From: Botryllus schlosseri
Taxonomy: Eukaryota
NCBI GenBank assembly: GCA_051294905.1
Contig: CM119372.1
Span: forward strand, 16,804,001-16,868,000
Length of the DNA: 64,000 nucleotides
Direction of reading: 5' to 3'
Shown here piece after piece: positions 1 to 13,112 of this stretch. Made by a program: the position numbers and the translations under genes. Under the pieces are notes generated by a model. It was given only the letters and a program-made list of their open reading frames with translations, made no database searches and was not told the DNA's origin. Numbering within the stretch: the first letter of the stretch is position 1; the number at the start of each line of letters is the position of its first letter.

Positions 1-403
1 CGGAGTTGGAGTCGGTGGTAAAATTTACCGACTCCACAGTCTAGGTTACAATCCAACAGATCCTTATACTACAATGAAATGTACAGGTGCATGTAAACTG
101 GATGGATTTAGTACCTTGATGTCAATGTTAGGTGTTGCAATACTAGAAATACAAGTATTTCGTGTTCTTGCCGAACGGAGCACCAACCACTTATGGAGCA
201 AACACACCTAACACAGCGAAGTGTGAAATTATTTTCACCACAAAATTCTGATACTTTTACAAACCTACAGCGAAGATTTATGATGAGAACTTTACCATAC
301 GCGGAGACGCAGAAGAGAGGAACTTACTAACCAATCGATGGTTGCTATGAGCGACCAATCACGTGACTGAAGCTCTGCAAACGACGTTACAAAAGACAAA
401 ATC

Positions 404-429
404 AGTTGGTGTTGTTGTTGTTGTTGTTA
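404..429. repeat. (GTT)n microsatellite
   Basis: GTTGGTGTTGTTGTTGTTGTTGTT seen directly. Confidence 0.9.
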
Positions 430-1707
430 TTAATAATTATATATCGGTCGACAGCGAGATTCCGTCGTGTAGTAGTAAACAGTTTAGGCAATTTAGGAAA
501 CCTCAAGTCATTCCCGCATTCTGTAAGTCAACTGCAGGTCGACAACCTGTGTCCCATACACCATAATTGACCTCATAAATGTTAAGCAGCTCTCCAGACA
601 AAGAGAAAAATTGGAACTTTGAGTTGTGTAAACAGATTATCCGGGTCTTAGTAGAAATATGGGTTAAGTATTCGTGTTTGCTCAGAAGCTACCATGAATA
701 TCTGATTATTGCAGCTGATCGAACCTAACAAGCGCTGGTTCCGTAGCGATATTGAAGCTGGTCACGTAAGCATTTTCATACGAAAAATGTAAACAGCACG
801 GGTATGCAATAACCAGATTTTGCGCTAGTCGTTACGATATATTTTCATTTTCGGTAGTGGTGTGGGGTGCTATGATGCATGCAGCAGTAGCAATAATATG
901 TTAATCAGCCTATATGTAAAGATTTATCCTCGTTCTTAATTCTATCCAGCATGCAGACCATCGCCGAAAGTGGACAACGTCGTTGTCAATCGTAAACTAG
1001 CAGAATATTGAATAAAACAATACTGAGGACTATACTACTCATAATGATGCACGAATGGGTCCTCATCTTCACAACGCACCACGCCTAATAGGTTTTCAAA
1101 CGAATAATGAGAATCGATAGAGCACATTATCAAATATTCTGACTGTACCCTGGCCTAAACGCAAGGACTGATTCCTTTCAGGAGAAAGTGCTCGGATTGT
1201 GACCCTCTCTTTTCCACACAATCATCTGATAGGCATACGCAAGGTACCGGGTGTTTAATGACGAGTTAATATACTCCTAGCAGGGAAATGTACCATACCA
1301 ATATCGGATGGAAAGCCTCATTTACGATTGAAACACACTACATGGTTAGGGTTGTAGTTAAAACAAAAATCAATTTAGAGCAAACGTGTTTAAAACATCG
1401 CCCTTGTTTCAAAAATTTTTTTCATTGTGTTTTTTTCTAACCATGACGTCGCGTAAATTTGATTGCGACGTCACGGGGGATTGGCATAGACGCCATAGAC
1501 AGTTAAAAATAAATCGTAAATAACTAATTATCGCTCCTTTGACGATAAAGGCTCCCGATCCCTGTCATAAATGGACCAAAAATATCTTGACTATATCATT
1601 ATGCAGCATATTTGCGGTCGGCGGTCATCATCATCGGAACACCCATTCACTACCCATGATCTATATTTAGGTGTTATAACTGTTGAGCCGACAGCAATTC
1701 CGAGGGT

Positions 1708-1987
1708 GGCGAGATAGCACAGTGATAGTGGTATAATCCACGGCTACTACACCAATGTGTTGCGGGTTCGAGTCCGACCGAGGTCGACTTCAGAATTCCT
1801 ACCTAAGTGTTGGAGGTTGATCTAGGCTCCTCCTCGTCACCTCATCCGCGTAAGCGGTGTCTTACAAAAAGCCTAGAAGAGGGCCGTGCTACAAGTTGAC
1901 AGATACGGAATCAAAAATGCATAATATCGGCCTGGTGAAAATGATCGTTGTATTCGACAAACACCATGAACACCCCAAACAAACAAA
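1708..1987 (+). mobile_element. tRNA-derived SINE, family A, full length
   Basis: A-box-like TAGCACAGTGATAGTGG, B-box GGTTCGAGTCC, (CAAA)n tail, 13-bp TSD CAATTCCGAGGGT at 1695-1707 and 1988-2000. Confidence 0.9.
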
Positions 1988-2461
1988 CAATTCCGAGGGT
2001 TCCAACGATTCCATATAGTGTACTTCGACTATATTAGGTGTAAATCGTCCTCCTACTAGATGTTTTTTTCAAAGTATTTACACAATCCTGGCATAATTAT
2101 ACAACGTTTGAAAATAAAATCATTTTTTAAAGGCACTATTGAAAATGTGTTTCAAAACATCATTTGTTTTAAATGCAGAACCATTATGCGCACTGGCACG
2201 ATATCCTGGTGTACTGTAGATATGTCCGCCGACATGAATAATATTTGATTCCCGACGACACGCATATGGGCAGTTTGTCATCTCAATTTCATTGCCTTTA
2301 TCATTAGTTGGAAATGGGAGAAATCCAAATTAGTCCTTCGCAAGCCCGGAAGCATCGTAAGCATAAAACCGCCATCAGTACCGATACTGCCATTGCATTC
2401 ACAAGCGGTCACTTGTCACGAGCTCGCTGAAGGATGACGGTATTGTGACTATACCACATTC

Positions 2462-2615
2462 GGCGGGGAAGCGAGTGGCGCAGTTGTCACGACACCAATG
2501 GTAGTGGTTCGAATCCCGGTTCGGACCTACTTCTATGTGTCGGAGGTTTATCTGGGCTCCTCATCGCTGACCTCACTGCATATGCAGTGTCGTACGAAAA
2601 GCCCAGATGAAGCAA
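2462..2615 (+). mobile_element. Partial SINE related to family A
   Basis: B-box GGTTCGAATCCC followed by GGAGGTTTATCTGGGCTCCTCATCG...AAAAGCCCAGA, similar to 1810-1880. Confidence 0.6.
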
Positions 2616-5174
2616 GTAAAGTCGAGCTTACGAAAAATCGGCTGCAACTGACCATGACGAGGACGCGTGCGACAGAGAGTGAAAGACGCGAATGAGAGTG
2701 TGACTGAACGAAGTCCGAGAAAATCGTACCTCAAGCAAAGACCAAGCAACAGACAATTTTTGTGATCGGGCACAAATGACCTTATCGACGATAAGCGCCA
2801 AAAAGTTGTTCAATAAATGCAATGCCACATTCGGCGTGAGTGCGCTGGTAGAAATTGTTAATTCACTCGAAACACAGACGTTTGAACATGACCCTTGAAT
2901 AAAATATGTTTTATTGTGGTTTTGTAGCATGGCCACCTATGAAAATTACCAACTGCAGTTGCAATATTTGAATCGTCGATGTGGATGTGCGCAAGATAGA
3001 ATGCTCGTGAATTTTACTATACTTGTGCGTTCACGAAATATTTCCACGTGTTAAATTCACTCCAATAGGCGTACATGTGCGATAGAACAATCTGCATTTA
3101 GCAGCGATTGCTGGAAGTTCGCGAATCCTCTTTTCAATGTTATCCATAAAAAGGTCATCTTGAGTCATGACAAGATTTGCAAAATATAGCATAATGTGTC
3201 TTGCAAATATGCCATTATGATAATTTTACTGAGATCGATTGTCACAGAACTGCGCAAAGTTTAATTCCATACACTAGTATTGCAAGTCGAGTTTTTTTTT
3301 TTGATTATTATCAATCATTACGACCTCATACCCATAAGTAAAATTGAAGTAGAATTGAACAGCTAAAATAGCTATCTTCCATTCGACCCCCATTAAATAT
3401 TGCCCTTTCAACTTGAACAGAAATAATTTCGTATTGGGTCTACCATGAATATAACGTTCAAAATTGTGATGTTGCCACGAGTTCATCACTACCAATAAGT
3501 TTAGATAGTACCACTGACATCACTAGGGAGGCGGAAATGACTCCCCATCCCTAATAAAAGTTTATCCAGTAATTATCGGTCTACTGATAAAACCTGTGAG
3601 AGGGAACTGGTGATATACTGACTGCTTCAAGGCTCGATATTGGACGTCATCGTCGTGCTACATGGTCTTGTACCACAAATGGTTTTGTAAAAAAATACAC
3701 CCAATGAATTTTTGAAAAGGTGTTTGTTTAGAACGATTTTAAAAATATGTTTCAAACAGGTGGAATTTAAAACACGATTTGTTTTAAATGCAACCGTAAC
3801 TACTGGGAGCATGAAGCGTGTGATCATCTATGCAGGGAACCTTGGAAGTAATACAAAATTCACGCAGCGTTTTGGCGCACTATTGCGTAATCTTATGTAG
3901 GTAAACGCTCTGCTCATGACGTAGTAAGATTCGTAAATCACCGGGATACGATAAAGATCTGGATCCAGAAAAGAAATATCCACTGAAATAGAAATACCTC
4001 ATGACTAACCCCTGTGGCCATTCATAGCTGATACTTGAACAGAAATAATGCCTCTGAAATGTCTGATTCTTTCCTAAGCCTTGAATATGCATCTTCTGTG
4101 TGTCTCTTGCACCTATATGTTATAATGCCACCGTCTCAAGAGCTGTACTTTTTGAAGGCGTCTAGATCTTTGTGGTATTTCCCCCACAAAGGCAATACGG
4201 TTTCTTATGCAAACCGCCTCCGATACCTCGACGGCGATGCTATTGCGAAAGATATGATGCCGACATTTTATATAATGCCTATCCCCGTCGCATTTTTACT
4301 CCTGACCCATCAAAGTCGATCGTCAAGGTTCGCCGGCAAATTCACAGACAGACATTACCATCCATGTATCCATGTCCACTAAATGTAAATATAAATCTAC
4401 TGTCTCATCTAGAATTACCTAAATTCAGCCCCGTGAACACGCGTTCAATAGTTACCATAATTCACAAAGTTTACAATATAATGAATAAATAGGATTCATA
4501 AGTGAATTGCTTGAAAGAGTCTATAGATTAAATGCGACAAAGACGTTCGCGAGATAAAGAGATAAAATTGAAAACAATTTCAAGTCGGAAAGCGGGAAAG
4601 TACACTGCAATGGTAATATCAATAAAAAAAGATAGTACAGTGGATTATGAAACCCTTGTCAAACACTTCCACGCAGCCTACGCCAAAATATGTGGCGTGA
4701 AAGCTCTACATTACAATTCAATCAATACTTCAAAATCATTGGGCAAGTCCGAAAACACGTCCCTGTCGGGCGTAGCTACCGCCGATGATTATTATTAGGT
4801 ATCGGGGATTTCGATTTTGCGAGAGGTCAAAGGAATTGAGTTGACTGACTGACAGCATTGTTTCCACATAAAGCAGGGCTGCGGCTCAAATAAAGCGCAT
4901 CGGAATGCTAAAGACTTCGCTACAACACAGCGTTTATCTCGAGTAAGAGATGGAAGCACTGCAAACGCCAAGCAATAAGGCAGCAGTTATGTCACTGAAA
5001 AGCTTCGGGTCGGCTCGTGGGTTTAATGATATGCACAGTGCTAATATCCGTGCCTCGCGAGAAGGCATAATATTGGTTTCTAAACCTATCTATATAGAAG
5101 TCATCTCGTGAGCGGCGCAGCGCTATCTTTCACCGATTCGATCGGTTCGAATGATTGACGCAGTGGAGTCAACT

Positions 5175-7801
5175 CTACCGCTTCTTAGCAACAATTGTTC
5201 CTGGGATGACGCAGTGGCAGCCAACGGAAACGTCTTCGTCAGAGGGGTAGCACGTCTCGTCTGTGCATTGGCGAAATGTTGAAGTCGACGAGGTCAGGTT
5301 CATCCTCAAAAATCGAACTTTGACCTTGATGACACTAGATACGAAAAGTCGGTTCTCCTTCCCAGTGGCCATGTCGATGCATCCTTTACATAAACATTTG
5401 GCTTCCGGTATCCACTGCGGGTATCTGTGGAAGAGATGGATTTTTTAAATGTTCGCGTATAGACTGGACGTTCGCGTAAGCGGTGAAAGTCGGTTATCGT
5501 TATTGCGTGGCGTGAAATTTGTTTTACATGCTCACGAGACGTGTTGTGCTGGGATAAAGGGAAGTGCGGTCGCGAAAGCTCATTACGTGTGTAATAGAAA
5601 CACGCTGATTACAATATTATGCTGGTTTCGGTATCGCTTCCAGATTAACCAATCGTGATTTTTACTGTGTCATTCGTCAGTTTCAACCGAGACGATCAAA
5701 CGTTACTCCACTTGATGGAACATCTTGTATTTTACAGCGGCCCGTATGTATGTGCGTTTTTACGGTCATTTATGCTATCAATTTACCGCCAGGGCATGTG
5801 ACTGAAATAACCGCCTCGTTTTACCAATAGCGTGTCGCAATTTCGGGGATATATCATTATCTCGTTGCACTACAAAATTAACGGTACGCGGTCTCTATCA
5901 TACCACCTATGACGCTTTAGTCACCTGTATACTTGATATTCGATCGGGATATCCGCTCGCACTATACTTAGCCACGGAACCTTCAGAAATCATCAAGAAT
6001 GCGTGCCCGAAACGTGACATTTTATAGCTCTAATGCCGCTGATTTCAAGTACTGAAATACCGTAAAGTAGCAGTCGAGGATGTTGCAACGTCAAATTGCG
6101 GTGTCACGACTCATAACTTCCAGCCATTTTGACAGCTTTACGGCATTGTGGAATTTTTCCGTGTTTGCAAACTTGACAATGCAGCGTTTGCGACACTGCC
6201 GAAGTGAAACAAGCCAGCCATTAGCCTGGCACTGGACGGTTGGTCGCATAAGCCGGAAATTCGCCGGTAATATTAGCAGGAAATGATGTGAAATTCGTGA
6301 ACGATATAAAATGTGCCTTGTCTATATTATTGCGTATTGGTTTCCAGTTGTCCAATTATACAACCGAAGTCGATGCTGCTAATTACTGGTGTTAATTAGG
6401 GACAGCAGTAATCAGGATTGCAATTTCCAAAGCTGTAACGAATTTCGCGATACTCCGGACAGCATTGAAATCACGAGACGTTATTATTTATGTATTAGGG
6501 CTCATTATCATCAATGACATAGCGCCGATCGCAATATGTCTCTGATTATGACAAATTTGTCGGCGTTTTGCGCAATCATACAGCACGTATTTCCTGAGGA
6601 AGAAACACTCTAATCCGCGCCACCACCTTGCGCCTTCTACGAAGAGGCGAACTATGAAATCCTAAGATTGTGTTCGCCGGTCATATGTGCACTTGAGCTA
6701 GGATCAGCACCATTTGAGCTGCATTCAGCCGATCTTGGATTTTTTTCGTTGGCATCATTCGTGTGTACGGATGCAACAAGGCGGCTCTTTCTATATCTCT
6801 AAGGTAGGATCGCGAGCAACGATTTTGAGTCACGAGAAATTCGCTCCGCTGCTCCTCCAGCTGGCAATTTCATGACTTATGATACTGTTGACCGATTGTC
6901 CAATAAAGAGTTTCAAGTATAAAATAGCAGCGCGAGTATTACGTAACAGGGCAAAATATTGCAGACTATTATTGCGCAATATTTCTGCAGCGAAAAGTAA
7001 CAGAAGCGTTGAAAAGACTTGCCGCAAATCCTATGTTCTGTTCATGTTAGCAGGTACAGTGCCAATCAGTCACATACAATTTTAGTCGATGTTTACGTAA
7101 TGCACCCGTCGACTGCATTTGCAAACTAAACGTACGTAATTACGTTGGCACTGTCAAGGGTCAACTCGTTAAAACGGGACGTATTTTACCTAACCGTAAT
7201 AGTGATAAATCGATTGCTATAGGCCTATTCCTTATAGTGTATAATTCAAGCCAGAAACCTCACTCGACTCCATGTCATTGCACGTGGATAAAGTAGATTG
7301 TTTGAAGCGATGGGATGTAACATGTACTTACCGGTGCTGGTCGAAATTCGATACGAGTCGCCACGGCGATAGGCTTCTTTCCCGGGTTTCTGATGCTGCG
7401 TACACGGGGCATTTTGGGGCTAGCTCGTGTCCGAACGCGGAATGTCCGCTCTTCGTGACGTGAGTAATAGGAATTCGATATCGTTTCAGGTTGCCGCGAA
7501 CGTTCTCTCTCATTGAGGCGATTACCGGATTTTCCGCGATTTTCCGACATATGCTACGCAGATTCGAGGTAGGAAAGTACTGACACTGCGTGAGGAGAGC
7601 TTCGTGATTCTTTATGTGTGGTCGGGCTCTGATAATTGTCTCGCTCGTGGTGAATTCCGGCACGGTGGCTTGCGTGTTTTCAACCTCGATAATGGTCTGT
7701 CCCGGCATCGTCAATCTTGACGACAGTACCAAATCCCACAGACACAGAGAAGTTATTAAAAAGCTGACTGCTTCATTCCTGACACCCTTCACGCTCGTCA
7801 T
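5175..7801 (-). CDS. IL17: Interleukin-17 family cytokine, 2 coding exons, ~239 aa
   Basis: Exon 1 (7801-7332) has an ATG, a hydrophobic signal-like segment and CPVY...RERSLSPW, ending CG|gtaagt. Exon 2 (5424-5175) starts ttccacag|A and restores the frame as R-YPQWIPEAKCLCKGC...VSVGCHCV...stop. RSLSPW, R-x-P-x-x-I-x-EA-x-C-x-C-x-GC and VGC-x-CV are IL-17 cystine-knot hallmarks. 470+250=720 nt, in frame. Confidence 0.92.
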
Positions 7802-8015
7802 CTCGTTATATTGCTGATTATTCGCGTCTCTACTTATTATGAAGACTCTTAGAATGGTAAAATCTGCAAGTGGTATGATGTGACATCGCCCAACACTTTT
7901 TGTACTCTGCCTATCATCAAAAAAAGGAAAAAAGATGACACACAGAAATGTGGTAACAAGAAAGTAATTAAGAAGGCTAATTATTTGATATTGAGAAAAT
8001 GGTACGGTATTTGCT

Positions 8016-8068
8016 AATATATAGGCACGATATGGTCCCTAAAGAGAGCTCGGGATTTTCTACGCAAT
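8016..8068 (-). promoter_or_regulatory. Putative IL-17 proximal promoter: TATA-like, kB-like and C/EBP-like motifs
   Basis: Minus-strand TATATATT at 8023-8016, ~215 bp upstream of the ATG; GGGATTTTCT at 8052-8061 abutting TACGCAAT at 8061-8068. Motif matches only. Confidence 0.35.
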
Positions 8069-9831
8069 ATATTTGGTAATTTCAACGTTAACTTTGAATC
8101 GAAAATAGAGAATATTCACGAAACTTTGGTGTATTACGCCCAGAAGTTATTACGTTTCAATTTTGACCATGAATAAATGTCTGCCAATGTTCGCCACATA
8201 CTGCGGTGGAATGTGAATTGTTGAAGAATGAGGCGTTATTTCATAATTTTGGCATTAATGACGTAAAATATGGCGGCCGTTACGACATTACGTTTGGACG
8301 TTATGTACAATGCTGAGATGAATATATTTCAACATATCTGTGTTAGTTAATTACCAAGTGCATGGTTAGTGCTTTTTATGGTACATGATTAAATTACATA
8401 CAGACCGGAAGAGAATCCTTGTGATGAATTGCCACTCCTATAGTCTCTAGGATCTGACCCAAAACCTAAATTAATGACATGTACAGTCAACTCCGCTTGA
8501 TTCTGACAGTTTGGTTCCGCTCACTCTTGGACGAATTAAGCAGAGAAACGTCTTCAGTTTTTTCTTCGTTGACTTTTGTGAGCAATTTCAATTTTTCGGC
8601 AAAACTTTTCTGAATCAATCCGTGTATAATCTCACACCACGACTCACACCGCTTCATTCCTGATCACATTTTTCGTGTGTGTAGGTGATAACGCGCACAC
8701 GTCGTCTGTTATCTGCTTTCTATGTCCGTGCGAAGATAGTTTGTTCGCTGAAGCTACCATATAATAAAAAAAGCATTGTGGTATTCATTTTGTCTTGAAA
8801 CAGTGATGCCGACGACGTGAGTGTATATTGAAATATGGCAAATATGTAGTTGCTCGCCATTTATCTGGCTGCATCTTGTGAAATGACACGGAAAATATTA
8901 TTAGTAAACATCGTAGGCCCAGGTTGGACTATATTTCATACCGTTTAAAATACCTCCGACGGCAGGACCTTTAAATCATACCGAGCTTTCCTAAATAGGG
9001 AAGATTTCTATTGTAATGACATTGACGCCACGCCGTTTGTGAGGCGTCCGGTATTTAAAATACCATTATTTCACCGACTATCACTGGTTTTAACGATTAT
9101 CCAGGTTACATGATGGATACAGGCAGTGGCTATACGTCAATCACGCAGTAATGACCATCTCTTACGTCAAAAGCCATGCTTCGTTGAGATAACGTGTGAT
9201 ATGCCGCTAAGAATATCACTCCTGCCCATACCAATGCCCAAACGTCAGTAGGAGAAGGAGGTGAGGTGAGGATTTAATCCAAGTTACAAAGTAATTCAGC
9301 TCCCTTTCACATAATTTTGACGTGTGTCATTGGCAAATGCATACCATAAAGCAGCGGTTCCAAACTGGGCGTCGCGACAATTTTCCGCGAAATCTGGTCT
9401 GAAATGGCTCGTTGTTTATGGCTAGATCTCGGGCATGTCGATCTGATCTGTTGTTGAAACACTGCGTGTGATCGTTTTGCACTTTTACACATACAACATT
9501 GCTATACCAACGTGCGAAATACCGAGAAATGTGATTGTGCGCAGCTTGGATTTTCTGTGCGCAGAGACCGTGCCAGCACTGCGCAATTGCGCACGTGTGC
9601 AGCTTAGAGGAACATCGCTTGCAAGCCCTCGTCGAACTTGTTGGCAAAGCGACGGAAGATATTGATTTTAGGGTATTATTATGTCCTTTGATTGACCCAG
9701 TTGCGGATACGTTTAGGAAGTCACCATGTACTTCAGCATTGTGGCACAATGTGGCCTGAATCGTCCTAGGTATCGTGGACAGTACATTAATAAATCACTT
9801 CACTGAAATGTAGGGTAGGAGAGGTTCACAC

Positions 9832-11442
9832 CAGAGTTGGATCAATTACATTATTTCAGTTTAATTACAATTACAATTACAATTACTTTCATGAATGTTT
9901 CAATTACATTACAATTACAATTACTCCATGCTAAAAATATCAAATTACAATTACAATTACAATTACTCCTTGCATGCATCAATTACATTACAATTACAAT
10001 TACAATTACTCCTTGCATGCATCAATTACATTACAATTACAATTACAATTGCTGCTGTTGAACATGTAATTGAATAGTCATAAATTCAACCGTGGTCCTT
10101 GACAACCGTAGCGTCGTATTTAACAACAATTCAAGTCTAGTTCAGATTGTGTAGTAATAATTGCATTGATGTGCGTACATAGTATGCTATGTAAGATGTC
10201 ACTGTGACGTAATGTAAGCGTGTTTTGTATGCTAGGTAATTATGGCTCACGTAATTGGAAATGTAAAATGTTATTTACCTAATTTCCTATGGGTTAGGAT
10301 TGAGGATAGGGTGCAGTATGTCGTTGAAAAAGTATTATAATATATGCATGTGTTGGATTTGCGTATATAGTATGTAATTAAAGAAACAATATTATTTTTA
10401 TCGAGGGACGTAGGAATTAGGATGAGGAGTAAAAACAAAACCGTGCTTTGTCAGATAAGACGTTATATAATATCCAGTGGTCTGGTTAGTTGGCCAGACG
10501 AAATAACGATGCATTATCGTTATCTGAAATCGTATTGTAGATTGCCAACCCATGGAAAGATGCGCAATATGTGAGTCACGGATGAATGCACCGACAAACG
10601 TACTGAAAAGTCGGCTAAAACCAGCAAACTTTATAGTCCTAGAGCTGGCGATCCATGCGTCCAAATTTGATGCATCTGGTCTTCATCGTAAGCTATTGAT
10701 GTACTAATTCCGAAAATACAAAATAAAATCTCGTCAGGGCAATGTAACTGCTCCAAAATAGCCGTTTAAGGCCGACTGTTCTGAAAAGTGAGAGCGCTGC
10801 AGCAGCATGACTACAACAATTACAAGTTACGCCCATAGCGATTGTTCAGCACAATGCCGATTCCCAGACTTCCACGACTATTTTGGGATGGTACCATTGC
10901 CTGGAAATATACTTTTATTGCGGAATCAGTGCGACACTAGCTTTCGATTACGACCATACATATCAAATTTCGACTCTTGGATCGCCAGCTATGGGACTAT
11001 CAATTCTGCTGCTTTTCGCCGGCTCAGCAGTTCGCTTCTCCGCGTATTCAATCGTGAGCCACGTGTTGCGAATCCATCGGTTCGTTAGTAATTTAAAAAT
11101 TGTATGGAATGGCAGCCGAGGCCAGCATAGCGGTAAAAATAAAAATAAACTTCGCCCGCAAGGGCGCGGTGAATGGCCTTCGCGAATGGATCCACCAAAT
11201 TCCTTGTCGTTCGTTTAAAAAGAATGCATTATAAGTCAATTGTTTTATGTTGTGCTTGTCAGGTCTCAATAGCAATTTAATGTAATTGAAATTGTAATTG
11301 AGCAAAATTTTTGTCAAATTACAATTACAATTACAATTACACAAAATAAAAATGCTTCAATTACAATTACATTACAATTACATTGAAAAATGTAATTAAT
11401 TACATTCAATTACAATTACAAATTACAATTGATCCAACTCTG
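9832..11442. mobile_element. Non-autonomous hAT element with (AATTAC)n subterminal repeats
   Basis: TIR CAGAGTTGGATCAATT / AATTGATCCAACTCTG; perfect 8-bp TSD GTTCACAC at 9824-31 and 11443-50. Confidence 0.92.
10541..11092. mobile_element. Old foldback/MITE: ~550-bp imperfect palindrome
   Basis: Left arm ATAGTCCTAGAGCTGGCGATCCA..CAAATTTGATG is mirrored by ATATCAAATTTCG..TGGATCGCCAGCTATGGGACTAT; inner arm CCAAAATAGCCGT is mirrored by ACGACTATTTTGG. Confidence 0.75.
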
Positions 11443-13112
11443 GTTCACACCATCCCTATTAACCCCTCTAACAGTAATTATGTCGTATTGCTGCGACCAA
11501 ATTGGCGTCGAATGCGAGATATGTACCCCGTAAATCATGGCTGTATGTAAATCATGGGTGTTTTTATCGGATTTCGACCATGTAGCGCGCGTACGGTGCA
11601 GATCACGCCAGCGGGACTTTCTCGTACCAAATCCTGCTTTCGCACCCATTACAATAGGGGAAAACGAGCGGAATACATCAACCATTAGGAAGACCTTATC
11701 AACCATAATTGCAACAGCAAACAATCGTATACTTCCACTCTACAGGTTGGATAAATCGAGCAACAATAAAACTGTTCCCATAACATGATTTCAGCATTCT
11801 GGATTTTGAATGTCAATTATTCCGAAATGCCATGTTTAATATAACTTGTAGCAAAATTCTCAGTTCATTAGCGCGTTGCCAGTGCCTGGAAGTTAACAAA
11901 GCTCACCGTCAAGAAAAATAGTTTGGATACCTCTACCTTAATCATATTCAGAGAAGTCTCGGTTACGGATTCAGTTACGGATTCTCCGAATAAAGGTCAT
12001 AAGTCTATATTACCAATTCATGATAATCACGTCTTACTTTAAATATAGGGCCTTACGATTTCGCGGTCAATATGTAGTCAGATACAATTCCGCATAGATG
12101 CTCTCATCCCATCATTTCTATATTAAGGAGTGATTTCTGCTATCGTATCATATTAAATAAATAATTAATTTCATCCACTTTTACTTCGAAAGGGAGAGGT
12201 CTCCTCTAGTTCTATGAGCATTGAGCAAGACCTCCCAAAAAAGAGGTAGACACTTATTTTATGTCACTGAGAGCATGTCGTACATATTGGAACAGTAGCT
12301 CTCAAACGGTGGGCCACCGTACATTTTGATGAGTTATGAAATTGATGAAAAGTTTAGTTTGCTCATTCTGCTATTTTAGAAAAAATATTCATATTGTAAA
12401 ATGTATCCACACGATATTTCAATGAAAAACGTCATTAAAAACAACATATTTCCAATGACTATCTTGCTATCAATATTTGATGGCCTAACGACTGAACTGA
12501 ATCACTATCAGATAAACAGTAATCAGTAATCATAAATTGCATTATCTCGATGCGTTAGAAATGATTTCTCGGTTTTTGCCTGTCAAGATCAAATTAGAAG
12601 GATTTAATGGAAATACTAGATGTTTCACCATTCTCTACCTAGAGTTTGCGAATGACATTCTACTTTGTAACATGTTTGTGACACTGCAATCATAAAAGGA
12701 GTGAAATTACGATATCTCGTGTACGCATTGCAAATTCCCAGTACCACATCTAGCCCTAACGTTTAGGTTAAGACTACACATATGTACATTGTACAAGTCC
12801 ACCAATTTTTATGACGTCGCAGTCCTATCACCACATTTTAATAAGGTGACGACGTTGCAATCCTAACATTGAGGATTAGAACGGGAGCGCCTCTTCCCTC
12901 TCACTAGCTAGATATTCACGTTGGTGATTACCACATTTTGACACTTTTATGCAGCGACAATGATATGTTCAATGCTATGTATAATGTTTAGTCCCTGTTC
13001 TGCGGCTTTCGCTCTCACTCGTGTGCGTCCGGTTTCGGGTCAATACTACTGATTAGGCCCACGCTCGGGTACCAAGAAAATCTCCCTTACATTGCAAAAT
13101 TCGAGGCTGATT

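Larger units (their letters stand above)
1347..3798. mobile_element. Old MITE-like element with TAGGGTTG..TTAAAACAAA TIR, interrupted by SINEs
   Basis: Left end TAGGGTTGTAGTTAAAACAAA vs right end TTTGTTTTAAATGCAACCGTA; a second right-end-like copy at ~2160-2186; no clean TSD. Confidence 0.45.

Noticed and set aside
4838..8545. Pogo/Tigger-like end CAGTCAACTC at 8484 and its complement at ~4838 flanking IL-17
   Set aside because: The orientation is outward-facing and the match is only ~10 bp; no evidence that IL-17 is transposon cargo.
9832..10050. Regular (AATTAC)n arrays and the ITITIT/NYNYNY ORFs as a CRISPR-like array or coding repeat
   Set aside because: No unique spacers; they are subterminal repeats of a TIR/TSD-bounded hAT element.
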